DNA of 64,000 nucleotides from an uncultured virus (IMG/VR IMGVR_UViG_3300046822_000192). Its lineage: Duplodnaviria; Heunggongvirae; Uroviricota; Caudoviricetes. The position numbers and the translations under genes were made by a program. Below, in pieces: positions 29,464-40,100 of the stretch. Numbering within the stretch: the stretch's first letter is position 1; each line of letters starts with the position of its first letter. Below the pieces are notes generated by a model. That model made no database searches, was not told the DNA's origin, and saw only the letters and a program-made list of their open reading frames with translations. The stretch lies in IMG/VR virus record IMGVR_UViG_3300046822_000192; one strand, 5' to 3'.

Positions 29464-31686
29464 TTACTTACGACCTAGCCGCTTTCTAGCTCCACCGCCT
29501 ACGGATACGGCAGTACCGGCAGTGGTACCTCCCCCGCCACCACCACCACCACCCCCGCTAGTTGTTACAGTAAAGTTCAATGCATTACTTGCCCCATTAT
29601 CTGTTGTTAGCGATATTGTACGTACACCGGCTATAGCATTCGCTGCAATTGTGAGAGTAGCAGTCACCGTAGTTGAGTTTACGCAAACAACAGAACTGGC
29701 TGTAATACCGGATGCGCCAGTTATGGTCAAACCGCATGCCGTTGTCGTGCTGAGTGTTGTTCCTGTGAAGGTAACTGGCACAACCGCACTCTGAGCACCA
29801 GTACTCGGCGTCATGGATGTCAATACAGGAGCTGCTCCAGGTGCATCAAAAGCGCCCTTATTCGGCGCAACATTGCCCGGTGACGGCGGCCACGCGGTTC
29901 CGGTTCCAGCAAAGTTAGGGATAGCTATACCTGTACCCCATGCCGGGCTGCCGTTACTAACCTGCAGTATCTGAGTATTGCTAGTTTTGTTTGTAAATAC
30001 CGGGTCTCCTGTCGCTCCACCAACTTCTTGACACGGAGTCGGGCACGATTGGAAAGACGGCGCTCCGTTTATCACTCCGTTTGATCCGTAGGATACACCA
30101 CTCCAATTTTTAGCATAAGTATTGCTGAGCAGCCTGATATATCCGAGATCATACTCGAAGGTCATACCGTGCGAAGCGTCTACGGTCGTCGTACCGGTAT
30201 CGATAAAATGTCCATTCAAAGTTGTGCATATGTTGTTTGCTGCGAAGATTATGTCCCCGCCGTTAACGAAACATATCCAGTTACCGGTAGCATCGTCAGT
30301 ATAAAATGAATTGTTGATAAACCAAATAGGGGCAGTTCCCGTACCGCTTTTGATTACAGTCTCAGCGCCAGCACCATCATAACCACTCTTCACGCGTCCT
30401 GTGTTCCGGTAGACGTAAATAGGCCCGTAAGGAATGAAACCATCACCCGCAGGTTCCCCGGTCGGAGCCATGAAAGTCTCACCATATGCACCGTTAGCGT
30501 TGTAAACATACATGATGTTACTGCCCATACGCAGAAACGGTCCATCACCTTTGTTTTCTATTCCGTCATCCTTATAGCCAGAACAGTAGTTATTGATCTC
30601 CTCTTCGTTTTCTCCTGTAACTGAATCGTCTAATGTAACGCAATCACGGAATCCGCCTGTGATAGTATTGCCATCTATTGAAATGTTGTAGTCTCCACTT
30701 CCCATTTGAACACCGGCAGCTGGACTGTCATAAATATTCGTACTTCCTCCAGAGCACGGGTTTGAGACACTACAGGTGCATGCAGCGGAGTCTAGTCCAG
30801 TAGACGCGACAATGACATTATTTCGAACGTAGATATTGCTAGCGCCCGTGCCGATCGTCACTCCACCATCACCGTAGTGTGTATTCGATGACAGGCCTAC
30901 CGCACATAATGTAGATACGGAGTCCTCGGTAATGTTCTCAACCAGCACATGATTCTGATTATTTCCAATACGCAAAGCGGTTCCATCAGACGTTGTAAGT
31001 TCGAATCCCCTTACCCACCAGAAATTGGCATTGATGGTTATGTTGGTAGCCCCCACGCCGGATATCTTGCAGGCATTCGGAGTTGCGCATATCAATTTAA
31101 TCCACGCACCGGAATTGCCGACCGAACGACTGATAGTAAATGCCGAATAATTTCCAGCCGAGACTGTAATGGTGTCTCCAGCCGTTAATGTGGCTGCACC
31201 GTTGACTAATGCTCCGAGTGTACTATCGTCTGTAGCTGTACGCGCACTGCCACCAAGCGGCGGAGTATATGTGTCAGTAACTACGCTAGACATCGTAGTC
31301 GGATTGGTTCCAGTGACGCCGTCTGTATCCGACACCGTAGTGCGAACATCGTAGGCCGTATTCGGAGTCAGTCCGACAATAGATACACGAAATTCGTGAT
31401 AGTGTGTATTTGGATTGTTATTCTGAATGATCGCACGGCGATCAATTTGCGGAGCAATAGCTGCCGACCAAGTTCCAGCCCCGGCCAGCGAATATTCAAT
31501 GAGTGCACTGTTGTTGTTGTTGTCGTCACCGCTGTACTGGCAGATTACAGATATTGAGGTAAATGATACTCTAGGGTATGCTGGACTGCCGGGAGTACAC
31601 GATCCTGTTGTTGTGCTGTTTGCACCGAATGCCGTGCTCAACCCCAAGAATAGGAACGCGAAAATAGTCAATAATACTCGGCGCAT
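29464..31686 (-). CDS. Signal-peptide protein: FN3-like + parallel beta-helix (pectin-lyase fold) + Ig/IPT-like + poly-Gly
   Basis: MRRVLLTIFAFLFLGLSTAFG; GLTPNTAYDVR; AGDTITVSAGNY; DDGIE; PVLTSMTPS. Confidence 0.75.
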   Translation of the reverse strand: MRRVLLTIFAFLFLGLSTAFGANSTTTGSCTPGSPAYPRVSFTSISVICQYSGDDNNNNSALIEYSLAGAGTWSAAIAPQIDRRAIIQNNNPNTHYHEFRVSIVGLTPNTAYDVRTTVSDTDGVTGTNPTTMSSVVTDTYTPPLGGSARTATDDSTLGALVNGAATLTAGDTITVSAGNYSAFTISRSVGNSGAWIKLICATPNACKISGVGATNITINANFWWVRGFELTTSDGTALRIGNNQNHVLVENITEDSVSTLCAVGLSSNTHYGDGGVTIGTGASNIYVRNNVIVASTGLDSAACTCSVSNPCSGGSTNIYDSPAAGVQMGSGDYNISIDGNTITGGFRDCVTLDDSVTGENEEEINNYCSGYKDDGIENKGDGPFLRMGSNIMYVYNANGAYGETFMAPTGEPAGDGFIPYGPIYVYRNTGRVKSGYDGAGAETVIKSGTGTAPIWFINNSFYTDDATGNWICFVNGGDIIFAANNICTTLNGHFIDTGTTTVDASHGMTFEYDLGYIRLLSNTYAKNWSGVSYGSNGVINGAPSFQSCPTPCQEVGGATGDPVFTNKTSNTQILQVSNGSPAWGTGIAIPNFAGTGTAWPPSPGNVAPNKGAFDAPGAAPVLTSMTPSTGAQSAVVPVTFTGTTLSTTTACGLTITGASGITASSVVCVNSTTVTATLTIAANAIAGVRTISLTTDNGASNALNFTVTTSGGGGGGGGGGTTAGTAVSVGGGARKRLGRK

Positions 31687-31708
31687 TTAAAGATACCCCT
31701 CTGCCATC

Positions 31709-32584
31709 CTAGTTCTGTGTCGTAATAGTGTATGAAATGAAAACTTCCGAACTCTGCGATGCTGTGCGATGGATGCATAGATTGCGCCCCACGGGAGATT
31801 TTAGCCCGCCCCATAATGCACTGCCGATTACGATACCTGGAATCATTCCACCTGATGTACTGGTACCAAATGAGACTGCCGGAGTAATATCTGTTGCACC
31901 GGTTGTGCAATCATTAGCCGTTGCGTATCGAAGGTTCACAGCACTGGCAGTTGTATTCTCATTTGTTATGGCATATGAGCAAATGCGAATTGTCTGATTC
32001 GCTGTCGCCGCGACAGCCTCCACATCAGCGGTGGATGCCCCCGCATAATATGTCAAATCACAAGTAGAGATAATAAGACGAGCACGAGGATCTATTTGCA
32101 AATCTGTTGCTGTGCCCGCATCCGCAATCGGTCCCGGCAATGTCGCATTGTAGGTAATTCCAGGACGAATTAAGCCGGATGTAGCTGCGGTATATCCGTG
32201 GTATGTGACGTCAATAACCGCAGTAGATGGTGAAATTGTCAACTCAACCCGGAATATGTGATATGTTCCGGTTGTCGTGATTGTATCGCCAGCTGCTACA
32301 GACGTGCTTGTGATAGCAGAGTATGCTGTAGTATCCGCGCCCTGCGAAACGACCATGTTCACACCGCTTGCTTTGACATTATCCTTAGCTGTCATGTAAG
32401 TAAACGTATGTGTCGTCGCGCCGGTAGATGATACATCAATATCGATAGTGCACGAACCCGTGCAGCGCGTATTATAGAAAAACGAGCCATCCGATATCAG
32501 TGTCGGCACCTTGACTTGCGCGAAAGCGGTGATAGACAGACAAACTGCCAATATAGCCGCTATTAAGAAATTTCTAACTCTCAT
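31709..32584 (-). CDS. Signal-peptide beta-rich protein
   Basis: MRVRNFLIAAILAVCLSITAFA-Q; Thr/Ser rich. Confidence 0.7.
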   Translation of the reverse strand: MRVRNFLIAAILAVCLSITAFAQVKVPTLISDGSFFYNTRCTGSCTIDIDVSSTGATTHTFTYMTAKDNVKASGVNMVVSQGADTTAYSAITSTSVAAGDTITTTGTYHIFRVELTISPSTAVIDVTYHGYTAATSGLIRPGITYNATLPGPIADAGTATDLQIDPRARLIISTCDLTYYAGASTADVEAVAATANQTIRICSYAITNENTTASAVNLRYATANDCTTGATDITPAVSFGTSTSGGMIPGIVIGSALWGGLKSPVGRNLCIHRTASQSSEVFISYTITTQN

Positions 32585-32598
32585 TTTGAGTCTCCCTT

Positions 32599-32964
32599 TT
32601 AGATGACAACTTCAAGCCGCCGATCTGAACTACCTGCAACGAATTGTCGAATTGCCTTATTCTGCACAATACAACCCTCACTAGCGTTTCCAGGATCAGC
32701 AATCGAATCCCCGTGTATACGGAATAGCGATCGGTCACACATATCATTGGAGGCATCCGGCGTCAAATTCATGCATACCGGTCCCTTAGTTTCGTGCTTG
32801 TAAGCCGGACCGATCGTGTAAAATCCGCGAGGTAGAGGACCTTCACCTTTTATACACTGAGCCGTGGGATTATTTTTATATAAACCCTTGCCAGCATATC
32901 CGTGACCTGTAACAGTTCTGTCCGCTGATATTAAAATTCCAGTCGATTGTGAGTATGTCCACAT
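32599..32964 (-). CDS. Tlde1/DUF2778-family L,D-peptidase-like protein, candidate endolysin
   Basis: YSQSTG, GYAG, NNP, GPLPRGFYTIG, FRIHGD...ASEGCI. Confidence 0.8.
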   Translation of the reverse strand: MWTYSQSTGILISADRTVTGHGYAGKGLYKNNPTAQCIKGEGPLPRGFYTIGPAYKHETKGPVCMNLTPDASNDMCDRSLFRIHGDSIADPGNASEGCIVQNKAIRQFVAGSSDRRLEVVI

Positions 32965-33049
32965 AATTTAGTACAAAACGGGCATGACTAACTTACCACA
33001 TAGCTACGGTATCGGTGTAACTCATTCTATGGTATATAGTTACACGTAT

Positions 33050-34996
33050 CTAAAATATACCTCCGCCGACCACTCTAAGAAGCCCCGCCCCACTCTGTTG
33101 CATTGTTGCTTCAATACGACCACGAAAACCAGCCGATGTCCCATTACCGTTGTCTGCTTTTATCATCATACGGTACGTCCCGCCATCCAAGTATAAGTTC
33201 ACAGAATTAGCTATGATGTCCTCAAAAGCGTTGGTTCCTGTAGCATTCACATTCTTCGTCAGAACTGGATTAAAGCTTCCTCTTGTCCACGCTTTTGCAT
33301 CGTTGCTATACGCAAATCCTATCCCATCAGTATCGGTGAATACGCCAGTAGGACACCCACCATACCATGCGATGTATTTACCGGTTGTAGTATCGTAGGT
33401 AAAACCGGGTTGAAAAACGGAGCCAACGTCCCACGAACCCGCTGCGCCTTTCGCAATTACTGGGTTACCGGCGTATGGAGTCCATGTCAAACCTCGGTCT
33501 GTAGATTCAGCTTCGCCAATCTGATTTACATTGCTGCCATCGGCCCCCTCAAAAATCATCACCATCAGATTTGAAGACCGCCGCACAACAATAGCTCCAT
33601 CAGACCGGCCAGAATTCCAGGAACCCCCAGCGCCCTCGCAGACGACACAAACACCACCATTCTGTACCTGCCAATTACCTGCAGTTGTGCAGGTAACAAT
33701 AGATGATGAGTTACATTTGGCGTAATAGATTCGTCTAGTACCGGGAGAATTATTTCCACCGTGGAACCACGCCTTCCAGACATTATCGTCCGGATCGAAC
33801 ATAAGTGTACTGACTGAGGTCTCAGCAGAAACCGCAGCTTTAAATGTTGTCGTTTGCCCGGCAGTTAGACCACTAACGATATTATTAACGTTAAAAACAG
33901 CACTAGACGAGACATCCTGTTGACCGTTAAAATTCCATGTTGTACCGTCTGGCGATGTCGCATATATAGATGGCGTGTCATATTGGAATGTCCCACCTTG
34001 ATTGCCGACATCGAGAGCTTTCGCCCCAGTATCATTTTCTATAAATCCGATATAATTACCCGCGCCCAACTTCAAAATAGCCCCCGGACCTATCTGGTCG
34101 GAAACTCCGGCATTGGCCCCTCCAGACCATCCAAGGTTTTGCATAAATGGCTCAGGTGTAGTCTTAGTTAGCTGTCCAGATAGAGTTGTGACACCAGTTG
34201 TGCCGATGTTTGGACCACGCGTTTTAATACCGGCTGGATCGGTCGATGAATAAACCGCTCCCGTAACTCGTCCCCAATTGCCATTGCCGGAAAGGTCGGT
34301 AACGAGAGTTGCTCCATCGTCCTTCGCGCCGAATTCGTACCACGCCTGCAAGCCGCTGATGGAGTACGGCGTCACGGCATCGTTATAGAGATCAGTAACG
34401 TTCTGCGCCGTCAATGCGACATTATAGAGCAGCAATCGTCTTTCAAGACCATTCAGGAAATTCACAGGTGCGCCAGTTCCACCCTTCGCCCCTATCTGGG
34501 CGGGGACGGCATTCAAGATAGTAGATCCCACCAAATTATCAGCGACTGTTGTTTTAGATACCGAAGCCCCATCCACATACATCGTGACGCCGGATGCCAG
34601 CCCGTTACCGTTATAAGTCATCACCACGTGATGGTAAGTATTCAATGTCAGCTGATCTGCCGCCGACTGAACAACAACGTGAGCCGTGGTCGCATTCTGA
34701 ATTGTGAACTGTAGTTTAGGAAATGACGATCCGGTTGCAACGAAAAAGATCCAGCCTCGATTATTTGCCGTAGCGTCTGACTTGCCCATCATGCAAGCAC
34801 CGGCATTTGTCTTCATACTAATCCAAACAGCGGCACTCCACGCCTGTGTATACTCCCAGTTGCCGAGCGTTGTGTTCAAATCGATCCGCTGAGATGAGGC
34901 TGACGTGAAGTCACGCGAGGCAAATGCGGAGTTGGTGGCTAGTACAAACAGTACCGATGCTAGGAACAGTGAGCGTTTTATGAATAGATTTCTCAT
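33050..34996 (-). CDS. Signal-peptide protein: LamG + beta-propeller glycosidase-like domain
   Basis: Signal ending SAFA; YHHVVMTY..MYVDG; SPDGTTW, STDRGLTW..NPV, SNDAKAW..NPV. Confidence 0.75.
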   Translation of the reverse strand: MRNLFIKRSLFLASVLFVLATNSAFASRDFTSASSQRIDLNTTLGNWEYTQAWSAAVWISMKTNAGACMMGKSDATANNRGWIFFVATGSSFPKLQFTIQNATTAHVVVQSAADQLTLNTYHHVVMTYNGNGLASGVTMYVDGASVSKTTVADNLVGSTILNAVPAQIGAKGGTGAPVNFLNGLERRLLLYNVALTAQNVTDLYNDAVTPYSISGLQAWYEFGAKDDGATLVTDLSGNGNWGRVTGAVYSSTDPAGIKTRGPNIGTTGVTTLSGQLTKTTPEPFMQNLGWSGGANAGVSDQIGPGAILKLGAGNYIGFIENDTGAKALDVGNQGGTFQYDTPSIYATSPDGTTWNFNGQQDVSSSAVFNVNNIVSGLTAGQTTTFKAAVSAETSVSTLMFDPDDNVWKAWFHGGNNSPGTRRIYYAKCNSSSIVTCTTAGNWQVQNGGVCVVCEGAGGSWNSGRSDGAIVVRRSSNLMVMIFEGADGSNVNQIGEAESTDRGLTWTPYAGNPVIAKGAAGSWDVGSVFQPGFTYDTTTGKYIAWYGGCPTGVFTDTDGIGFAYSNDAKAWTRGSFNPVLTKNVNATGTNAFEDIIANSVNLYLDGGTYRMMIKADNGNGTSAGFRGRIEATMQQSGAGLLRVVGGGIF

Positions 34997-35001
34997 ATAT
35001 T

Positions 35002-35334
35002 TTAAATTTTCTGTTTGTTTCCATTTCTGTATGTCAATAGAAGTAAAATACCCTGCAACATGGTCAACGTTACTCCGATGCCAATGCCGATGCCTGTAAA
35101 TCTATCCATTGAAGATTTCAATGCTTCAAACTGTTTCACTTCCGCATCCTGGCGTATTGTATTGTCCGAGACTTCTTTATCTAGACGGTCAAGTCTCGCT
35201 TCGAGAAGCGCATTAGTAGTCTCCTGAGATTGTTTCACCGGAAGTGTATAGACACCTTGGCCGACAAGAGCGGTGCTGCAAAGTAAGAATATGAAAAACA
35301 CTATCTGTAGCATTATCTGTAACCTGCGCATCAT
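35002..35334 (-). CDS. Membrane protein (signal/TM + coiled coil + C-terminal TM)
   Basis: Hydrophobic N- and C-termini. Confidence 0.65.
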   Translation of the reverse strand: MMRRLQIMLQIVFFIFLLCSTALVGQGVYTLPVKQSQETTNALLEARLDRLDKEVSDNTIRQDAEVKQFEALKSSMDRFTGIGIGIGVTLTMLQGILLLLTYRNGNKQKI

Positions 35335-35421
35335 CTTCGATGAACCTCTAGCTAAGCCTTTCTACAACAAGCACAGACTATTGTAGAGGATGGTCACCTA
35401 AGCCATTTTGTGCCCCAGTTC

Positions 35422-38400
35422 TTATGCGCCGTTCGACAGCATGTTAGTAATACCGGTTACCTGCATAGTTGGGTTTTCCGGGCTGAGATCCATGGATATA
35501 CGTAATACACGTACCGTCTGCCCACTATAAACTACTGAATAGGTAGGTGATCCGGTATGATTGAACTTTCGCGCTCTCCAATGAGTGACACCTAGCACTG
35601 TATTAACATCAATCAAGTCATACATGTTCGATCCGAATACAAGAACGCCGGAAGCGTAATGCTGGTATACACGATCGGCACCGATTGCCGTGTTATAAAG
35701 TGCCACATTCGCCATGTTCCCAGCAAAGTGAGAAGTTCCGCCGACAGACATACCCAGTTCCAAATTGACTGCATTATCTGCTAGTGTTGAAGTGCTCGTA
35801 ACATCGGAAACATCTACCCCATTGAGATAGACATGCACATCTGTACCGTTTTTGGTGCAGCAGATATGCGACCACTGATTAATCTGGACAGCTACCGTAG
35901 AAAATGCCAGCACAGCTGCCCCGGATTTTACAAAAGAAATAATTCCACTGGACCCGATCTGCACTCCGTAGGCATTTGCTCCCTTGTCGATAATATACGG
36001 AGAAGTACTCAAATCGGTCGGGTATACCCAAACTTCGCAGGTGCATACATCCCCGAGATCGATAAGAGAACTGTCCAATACAAGAGCATTACTTGTCGAA
36101 CCATTGAATAAAGTTGAGGTATTCGAATCTTCCAACAACGGACCAGTCTGCCCATTCGTACAGAAAAGAAAACTTCCACTGTAATTATTGCCACTGGAAT
36201 CGAGCATCGTAGATGTCACATCATTCATGCGATACAATACGGATGGAATATCCCGCAGCACTTGCAGTGCGTAGATCAAGTCTCTATTCACACAAGACAA
36301 TGGAAATTTAACTGACGGGAATTGGACAGCTGGCCCCATCAATTCTGAGTATCGATACGTCATTGATGTAGATACACCGGCCAAATCATCTCCAATCAAT
36401 CTTTCATTAAGCACGAGAGGAATGTAGTCTTTAACAACAGCCGTGCCCAGAGTACCGCGAAGATCAGTCGGGGCTAACGGGGATACGAGATATGCATTCT
36501 TGAGCGGACTAAACAGCCGGTTAATCTGAATAGCCGACATGAATTGCTGATTTGACGGCACCATCAAACTGTCCCTGAGAATGTCGTACTTATCAGTTAC
36601 CTGGAAATCTGCAGACTGTGTCGAGCTTGCACTGGTATAGATGTAAGGCGCGTAAAGATTGCTTCTAGTACTGTACACAGATAGCAAAAACGATACTTGG
36701 AATTCAAGCAGCAAATCTTGCTGTGTCATTGTTGCTTCAGTTAAAACAAAACCAGCTCTAAGTGGAGTGCTGACGGCTGATACTGTATTGGCCTCAGCTT
36801 TCAAGGCTTCGGATACCCAAAGATTGACCTTCAAACTTGCTGCAGCAAACCCGAAGAACTGTGTCATGAATTGATACAGGACAGTAACTGGATTTTCCAG
36901 AAAAATAGGCTCTGTACCGTTATTGTAATGTACTAGAATGCGAGCAGCCGACAAGGCTGTCGGGTAAATAGCCATTTCATCTATCGTGCCGTTGAAAAAA
37001 TCCGCAGTTGTAGAGATCGTACGGCCCATGTTCAACGCGGATGCTGTACCGGCAATTGTTCTATTTAAGATGACAGTTGTAGAATCGGCACCGTTGATAT
37101 AGATATGAATTGCAGAGCCGTTCTTAGTAACCGCGATATGCGTCCAGACTCCATTTGTTAACGATGACAGATTCTGTGCAATAAGCCCCACACTCTCCTT
37201 GGAGAGCATAACTAGAATTGTGCCGAGAGTATTCTGCAGTGTAACGAGATAACCATTCGCACCCTTCGAAAATATAGTGTGTGTTGTCCCGGCTGATGTA
37301 TTAGGTTTTACCCAGCATTCTAATGTGAATACGTCTCCTGGATCGAGCAATGCATTGTCTGGAACTGTAATATATTGAGTGCTGCCGTTTAGCAGAACAG
37401 CCTTGTTTGGATCACCCAATAAAGGACCGGTTTGCTGCTTAGTTGGTGCTCCGACATACGTGCCGGTTTGCGCATTAGCTGTGTTATCAGCTGCAGTTGT
37501 TGCCGCAGAAGCATCATTAAGACGCCAGTAAGCACTTGGCGAGTCGGCCATGACTTCAAGATCATATCGGGTATTGCCGGATGTCATGCCACGCGCAACG
37601 ACTGCAATCTCCTGTAACTGTGCACGGTCGGGATCTCGCTGATCGAAATCGAAATCTATGACGGTCATTAGGACTCCGCCATATGTTGCAGTTGTTACGG
37701 TATATGCGGTCCAGTAGTCTGTAGGCTGTTCTAAAACTTCGTACCGATAGACAGCATCGACAGACATGCATACATGCTGGGCGACGACATAACGATATTT
37801 AGCTGAACCGATCGCCGGGTCGATTAGAAATGCCGGAGAAATGCCAGGAATACCGATCCCCGAACTCATATCACCAACAATGATCGGCACAAGCTGATTT
37901 AAATAACGGCATGGAGAGCCGTCCAGCTCTGTTGGAAGATTCGGAAATAATGCAGCTGTGAATGTTTTCCCGGCAGAGTTGCCATATCCATAAGTGGATA
38001 ATGGATTTGCAAATACAGACCACACATTCGATTGTGTCTGGACTTCCCCAGTCAGAATATTGTGTGCGGTGATTTCACATTGCAGTTCACTCATTGTCCA
38101 GGATGAGATAGATCCGGTGAACAGCGTTGTGAATGAAGCCTCCCCATAGTCTGGATCACCAATCTTGATTACAACAGTCTTGCCCTCTGGATTGCCTTGG
38201 TATGTTGTCAGAGCCGTTGAAATCTCTCCGTTGCGGTCCATCAAAGTAACAACAGCGTCTGTCTTGGAAAACGACCCTGTTAGATGGTCAACAGAGCGCT
38301 CAAGTCCACTGATGCCAAGTAATAGATCCGTATAATCATGCGAGGCTGTACGCAATCTCTGGTACGAATAATACCCGGTAAAGTCTACTCCGTCCGTGGC

Positions 38401-38439
38401 GAGTACGCCCCATGTGATGGCAACTGTGATGACGTTCAT
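35422..38439 (-). CDS. Tail hub/tip protein with two inserted LamG domains
   Basis: After TMP and Dit; AYWRLND...WTHIAVT..IYING...GTIDEMAIY, and a second copy. Confidence 0.75.
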   Translation of the reverse strand: MNVITVAITWGVLATDGVDFTGYYSYQRLRTASHDYTDLLLGISGLERSVDHLTGSFSKTDAVVTLMDRNGEISTALTTYQGNPEGKTVVIKIGDPDYGEASFTTLFTGSISSWTMSELQCEITAHNILTGEVQTQSNVWSVFANPLSTYGYGNSAGKTFTAALFPNLPTELDGSPCRYLNQLVPIIVGDMSSGIGIPGISPAFLIDPAIGSAKYRYVVAQHVCMSVDAVYRYEVLEQPTDYWTAYTVTTATYGGVLMTVIDFDFDQRDPDRAQLQEIAVVARGMTSGNTRYDLEVMADSPSAYWRLNDASAATTAADNTANAQTGTYVGAPTKQQTGPLLGDPNKAVLLNGSTQYITVPDNALLDPGDVFTLECWVKPNTSAGTTHTIFSKGANGYLVTLQNTLGTILVMLSKESVGLIAQNLSSLTNGVWTHIAVTKNGSAIHIYINGADSTTVILNRTIAGTASALNMGRTISTTADFFNGTIDEMAIYPTALSAARILVHYNNGTEPIFLENPVTVLYQFMTQFFGFAAASLKVNLWVSEALKAEANTVSAVSTPLRAGFVLTEATMTQQDLLLEFQVSFLLSVYSTRSNLYAPYIYTSASSTQSADFQVTDKYDILRDSLMVPSNQQFMSAIQINRLFSPLKNAYLVSPLAPTDLRGTLGTAVVKDYIPLVLNERLIGDDLAGVSTSMTYRYSELMGPAVQFPSVKFPLSCVNRDLIYALQVLRDIPSVLYRMNDVTSTMLDSSGNNYSGSFLFCTNGQTGPLLEDSNTSTLFNGSTSNALVLDSSLIDLGDVCTCEVWVYPTDLSTSPYIIDKGANAYGVQIGSSGIISFVKSGAAVLAFSTVAVQINQWSHICCTKNGTDVHVYLNGVDVSDVTSTSTLADNAVNLELGMSVGGTSHFAGNMANVALYNTAIGADRVYQHYASGVLVFGSNMYDLIDVNTVLGVTHWRARKFNHTGSPTYSVVYSGQTVRVLRISMDLSPENPTMQVTGITNMLSNGA

Positions 38440-39341
38440 TATAGTAAAGTAATAACCCTGTCCGTGAACTGATGAATCTCATAGTAGATATCATCTACTG
38501 GAGATGTTAAACTACTGTCAGGCTGCATATTCACTGTGATCTTTCCTGAACCATTTGTAATCGTTGCGGTAGTGATCAAGATAGTTCCTGATGAAGCCAC
38601 CGTAGCCTGCTGCAGCGCGAGATCAATCGAACTTGCGATCGTTCCAGCTTTGTTCACAGCCGATACAAAATAGTGCAATTGACGAACTTGGTATTCTGTA
38701 CCATTGTTCGCCATTACTGTGAACATGACATAACAACTAAAACTAGCTGCCGATGGCAAATCTACATCAAATAATGCAGTACTAACGTTATCCGAAACGC
38801 CGAGCTTCGATGCCCGGATAATCTGACTTTGCGCAAATGGCTGCACTGTAGAGCTGCTCGCTCCACGTACTGGAGTCCATATTTGATACGGCGCTACCTT
38901 ACCCGCCCCAGTACCTGCCCCAGAATATATATTTCCAGATATTCCAGCCTGATCTGAACCTGACGCGTCTGCCGGACGTAAAGCTCCCGGCATGCGATAG
39001 GTTATCGTAATGGTATAGACTACAGCTCCGACACCGTTATTGAAGATTCTCGAATGAATTACTCCTGTTGCCCCCTCGTCCTCATATGGATGATCAAAAA
39101 TTTCACTGTCCATAACAGGACCGATAACCGTACCGAGCGGCGGAATAATCTTATGTAGTACACGCTTTGTTCCAGTCCTTGCGCTGTCTTTGTACACATC
39201 AAAGATTCCAAGTCCGGCAGAAATCTTGATCGATACAATATCTACAACATTAGCCGCACTAGCTAGTGTTATGTCATAGTCGAATGATGTACCAGCGGGG
39301 ATACTGCTGACTACAAATGTTTCAGTTTGATAGACACTCAT
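38439..39341 (-). CDS. Virion/tail-associated protein
   Basis: Beta-rich, within tail operon. Confidence 0.6.
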   Translation of the reverse strand: MSVYQTETFVVSSIPAGTSFDYDITLASAANVVDIVSIKISAGLGIFDVYKDSARTGTKRVLHKIIPPLGTVIGPVMDSEIFDHPYEDEGATGVIHSRIFNNGVGAVVYTITITYRMPGALRPADASGSDQAGISGNIYSGAGTGAGKVAPYQIWTPVRGASSSTVQPFAQSQIIRASKLGVSDNVSTALFDVDLPSAASFSCYVMFTVMANNGTEYQVRQLHYFVSAVNKAGTIASSIDLALQQATVASSGTILITTATITNGSGKITVNMQPDSSLTSPVDDIYYEIHQFTDRVITLL

Positions 39342-40099
39342 TAGCTAGAACTTTGACCTCGACTATCTTCCAGAAAAGTTAGTGTTGCTGAACTGTATAA
39401 ATCTACCTGACGATCGAGCTGATTCTGGAAACGCCCGAAGTAGCCGTCTGTTCCAGTGGACGCCGGTAGTATAAAAATGCCATAAACATTACGTTTGTTC
39501 TGGATATACAAGTTGCGCAGCACCGTAAATTCTGCATTACTGAGCGGCCCAAATGGCAACATCAGTTTTGTTTGTCTATACATCGACTCGATATGTTGAA
39601 TACCGAACACAGATGTCTGCTCCAGGTTCACAAAATCGTCTTCCTGATGCCAGCCGTAGCGAAACTGGTAAGTAGACGTAGTAAATGGCCCGATCATTAG
39701 ATAGCCCACTTCGATATTCGAAGAGTTACCGGTATCCGAGAACAGTACTTTCCAATAACGCCATGTTTGCGTGGCAAACAAAACGAATGCATCAAATTGC
39801 CTCCATGTCATGGTTGTCGTAAACTGGCTACCATTCGGATTTGCGGATGATCCACCGTTAACGGTAATTACCGCAGCCGCAGTCAAGTTGTGATTGATAA
39901 TCGCCACACCGGTAATAGCCTTTGCCGATCCAAGATCGATCTGATAGTCACCAGTCTTAGCCCCAAATTTATGCGTCAATGAAATAGGTGTTGTTTTCAC
40001 ATTTGCCGCAGGAAAAGCGCTGTTCGTCGAAGATGCCGCTAGTGTCGATGCGGGAATAGTATTGTCAACTTCACTCAAATATGCCCAATGTAACGCCAT
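39341..40099 (-). CDS. Distal tail-like protein with discoidin/CBM-like domain
   Basis: Right after TMP; IDLGSA..IINHNL..WRYWKV. Confidence 0.65.
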   Translation of the reverse strand: MALHWAYLSEVDNTIPASTLAASSTNSAFPAANVKTTPISLTHKFGAKTGDYQIDLGSAKAITGVAIINHNLTAAAVITVNGGSSANPNGSQFTTTMTWRQFDAFVLFATQTWRYWKVLFSDTGNSSNIEVGYLMIGPFTTSTYQFRYGWHQEDDFVNLEQTSVFGIQHIESMYRQTKLMLPFGPLSNAEFTVLRNLYIQNKRNVYGIFILPASTGTDGYFGRFQNQLDRQVDLYSSATLTFLEDSRGQSSS

Positions 40100-40100
40100 C

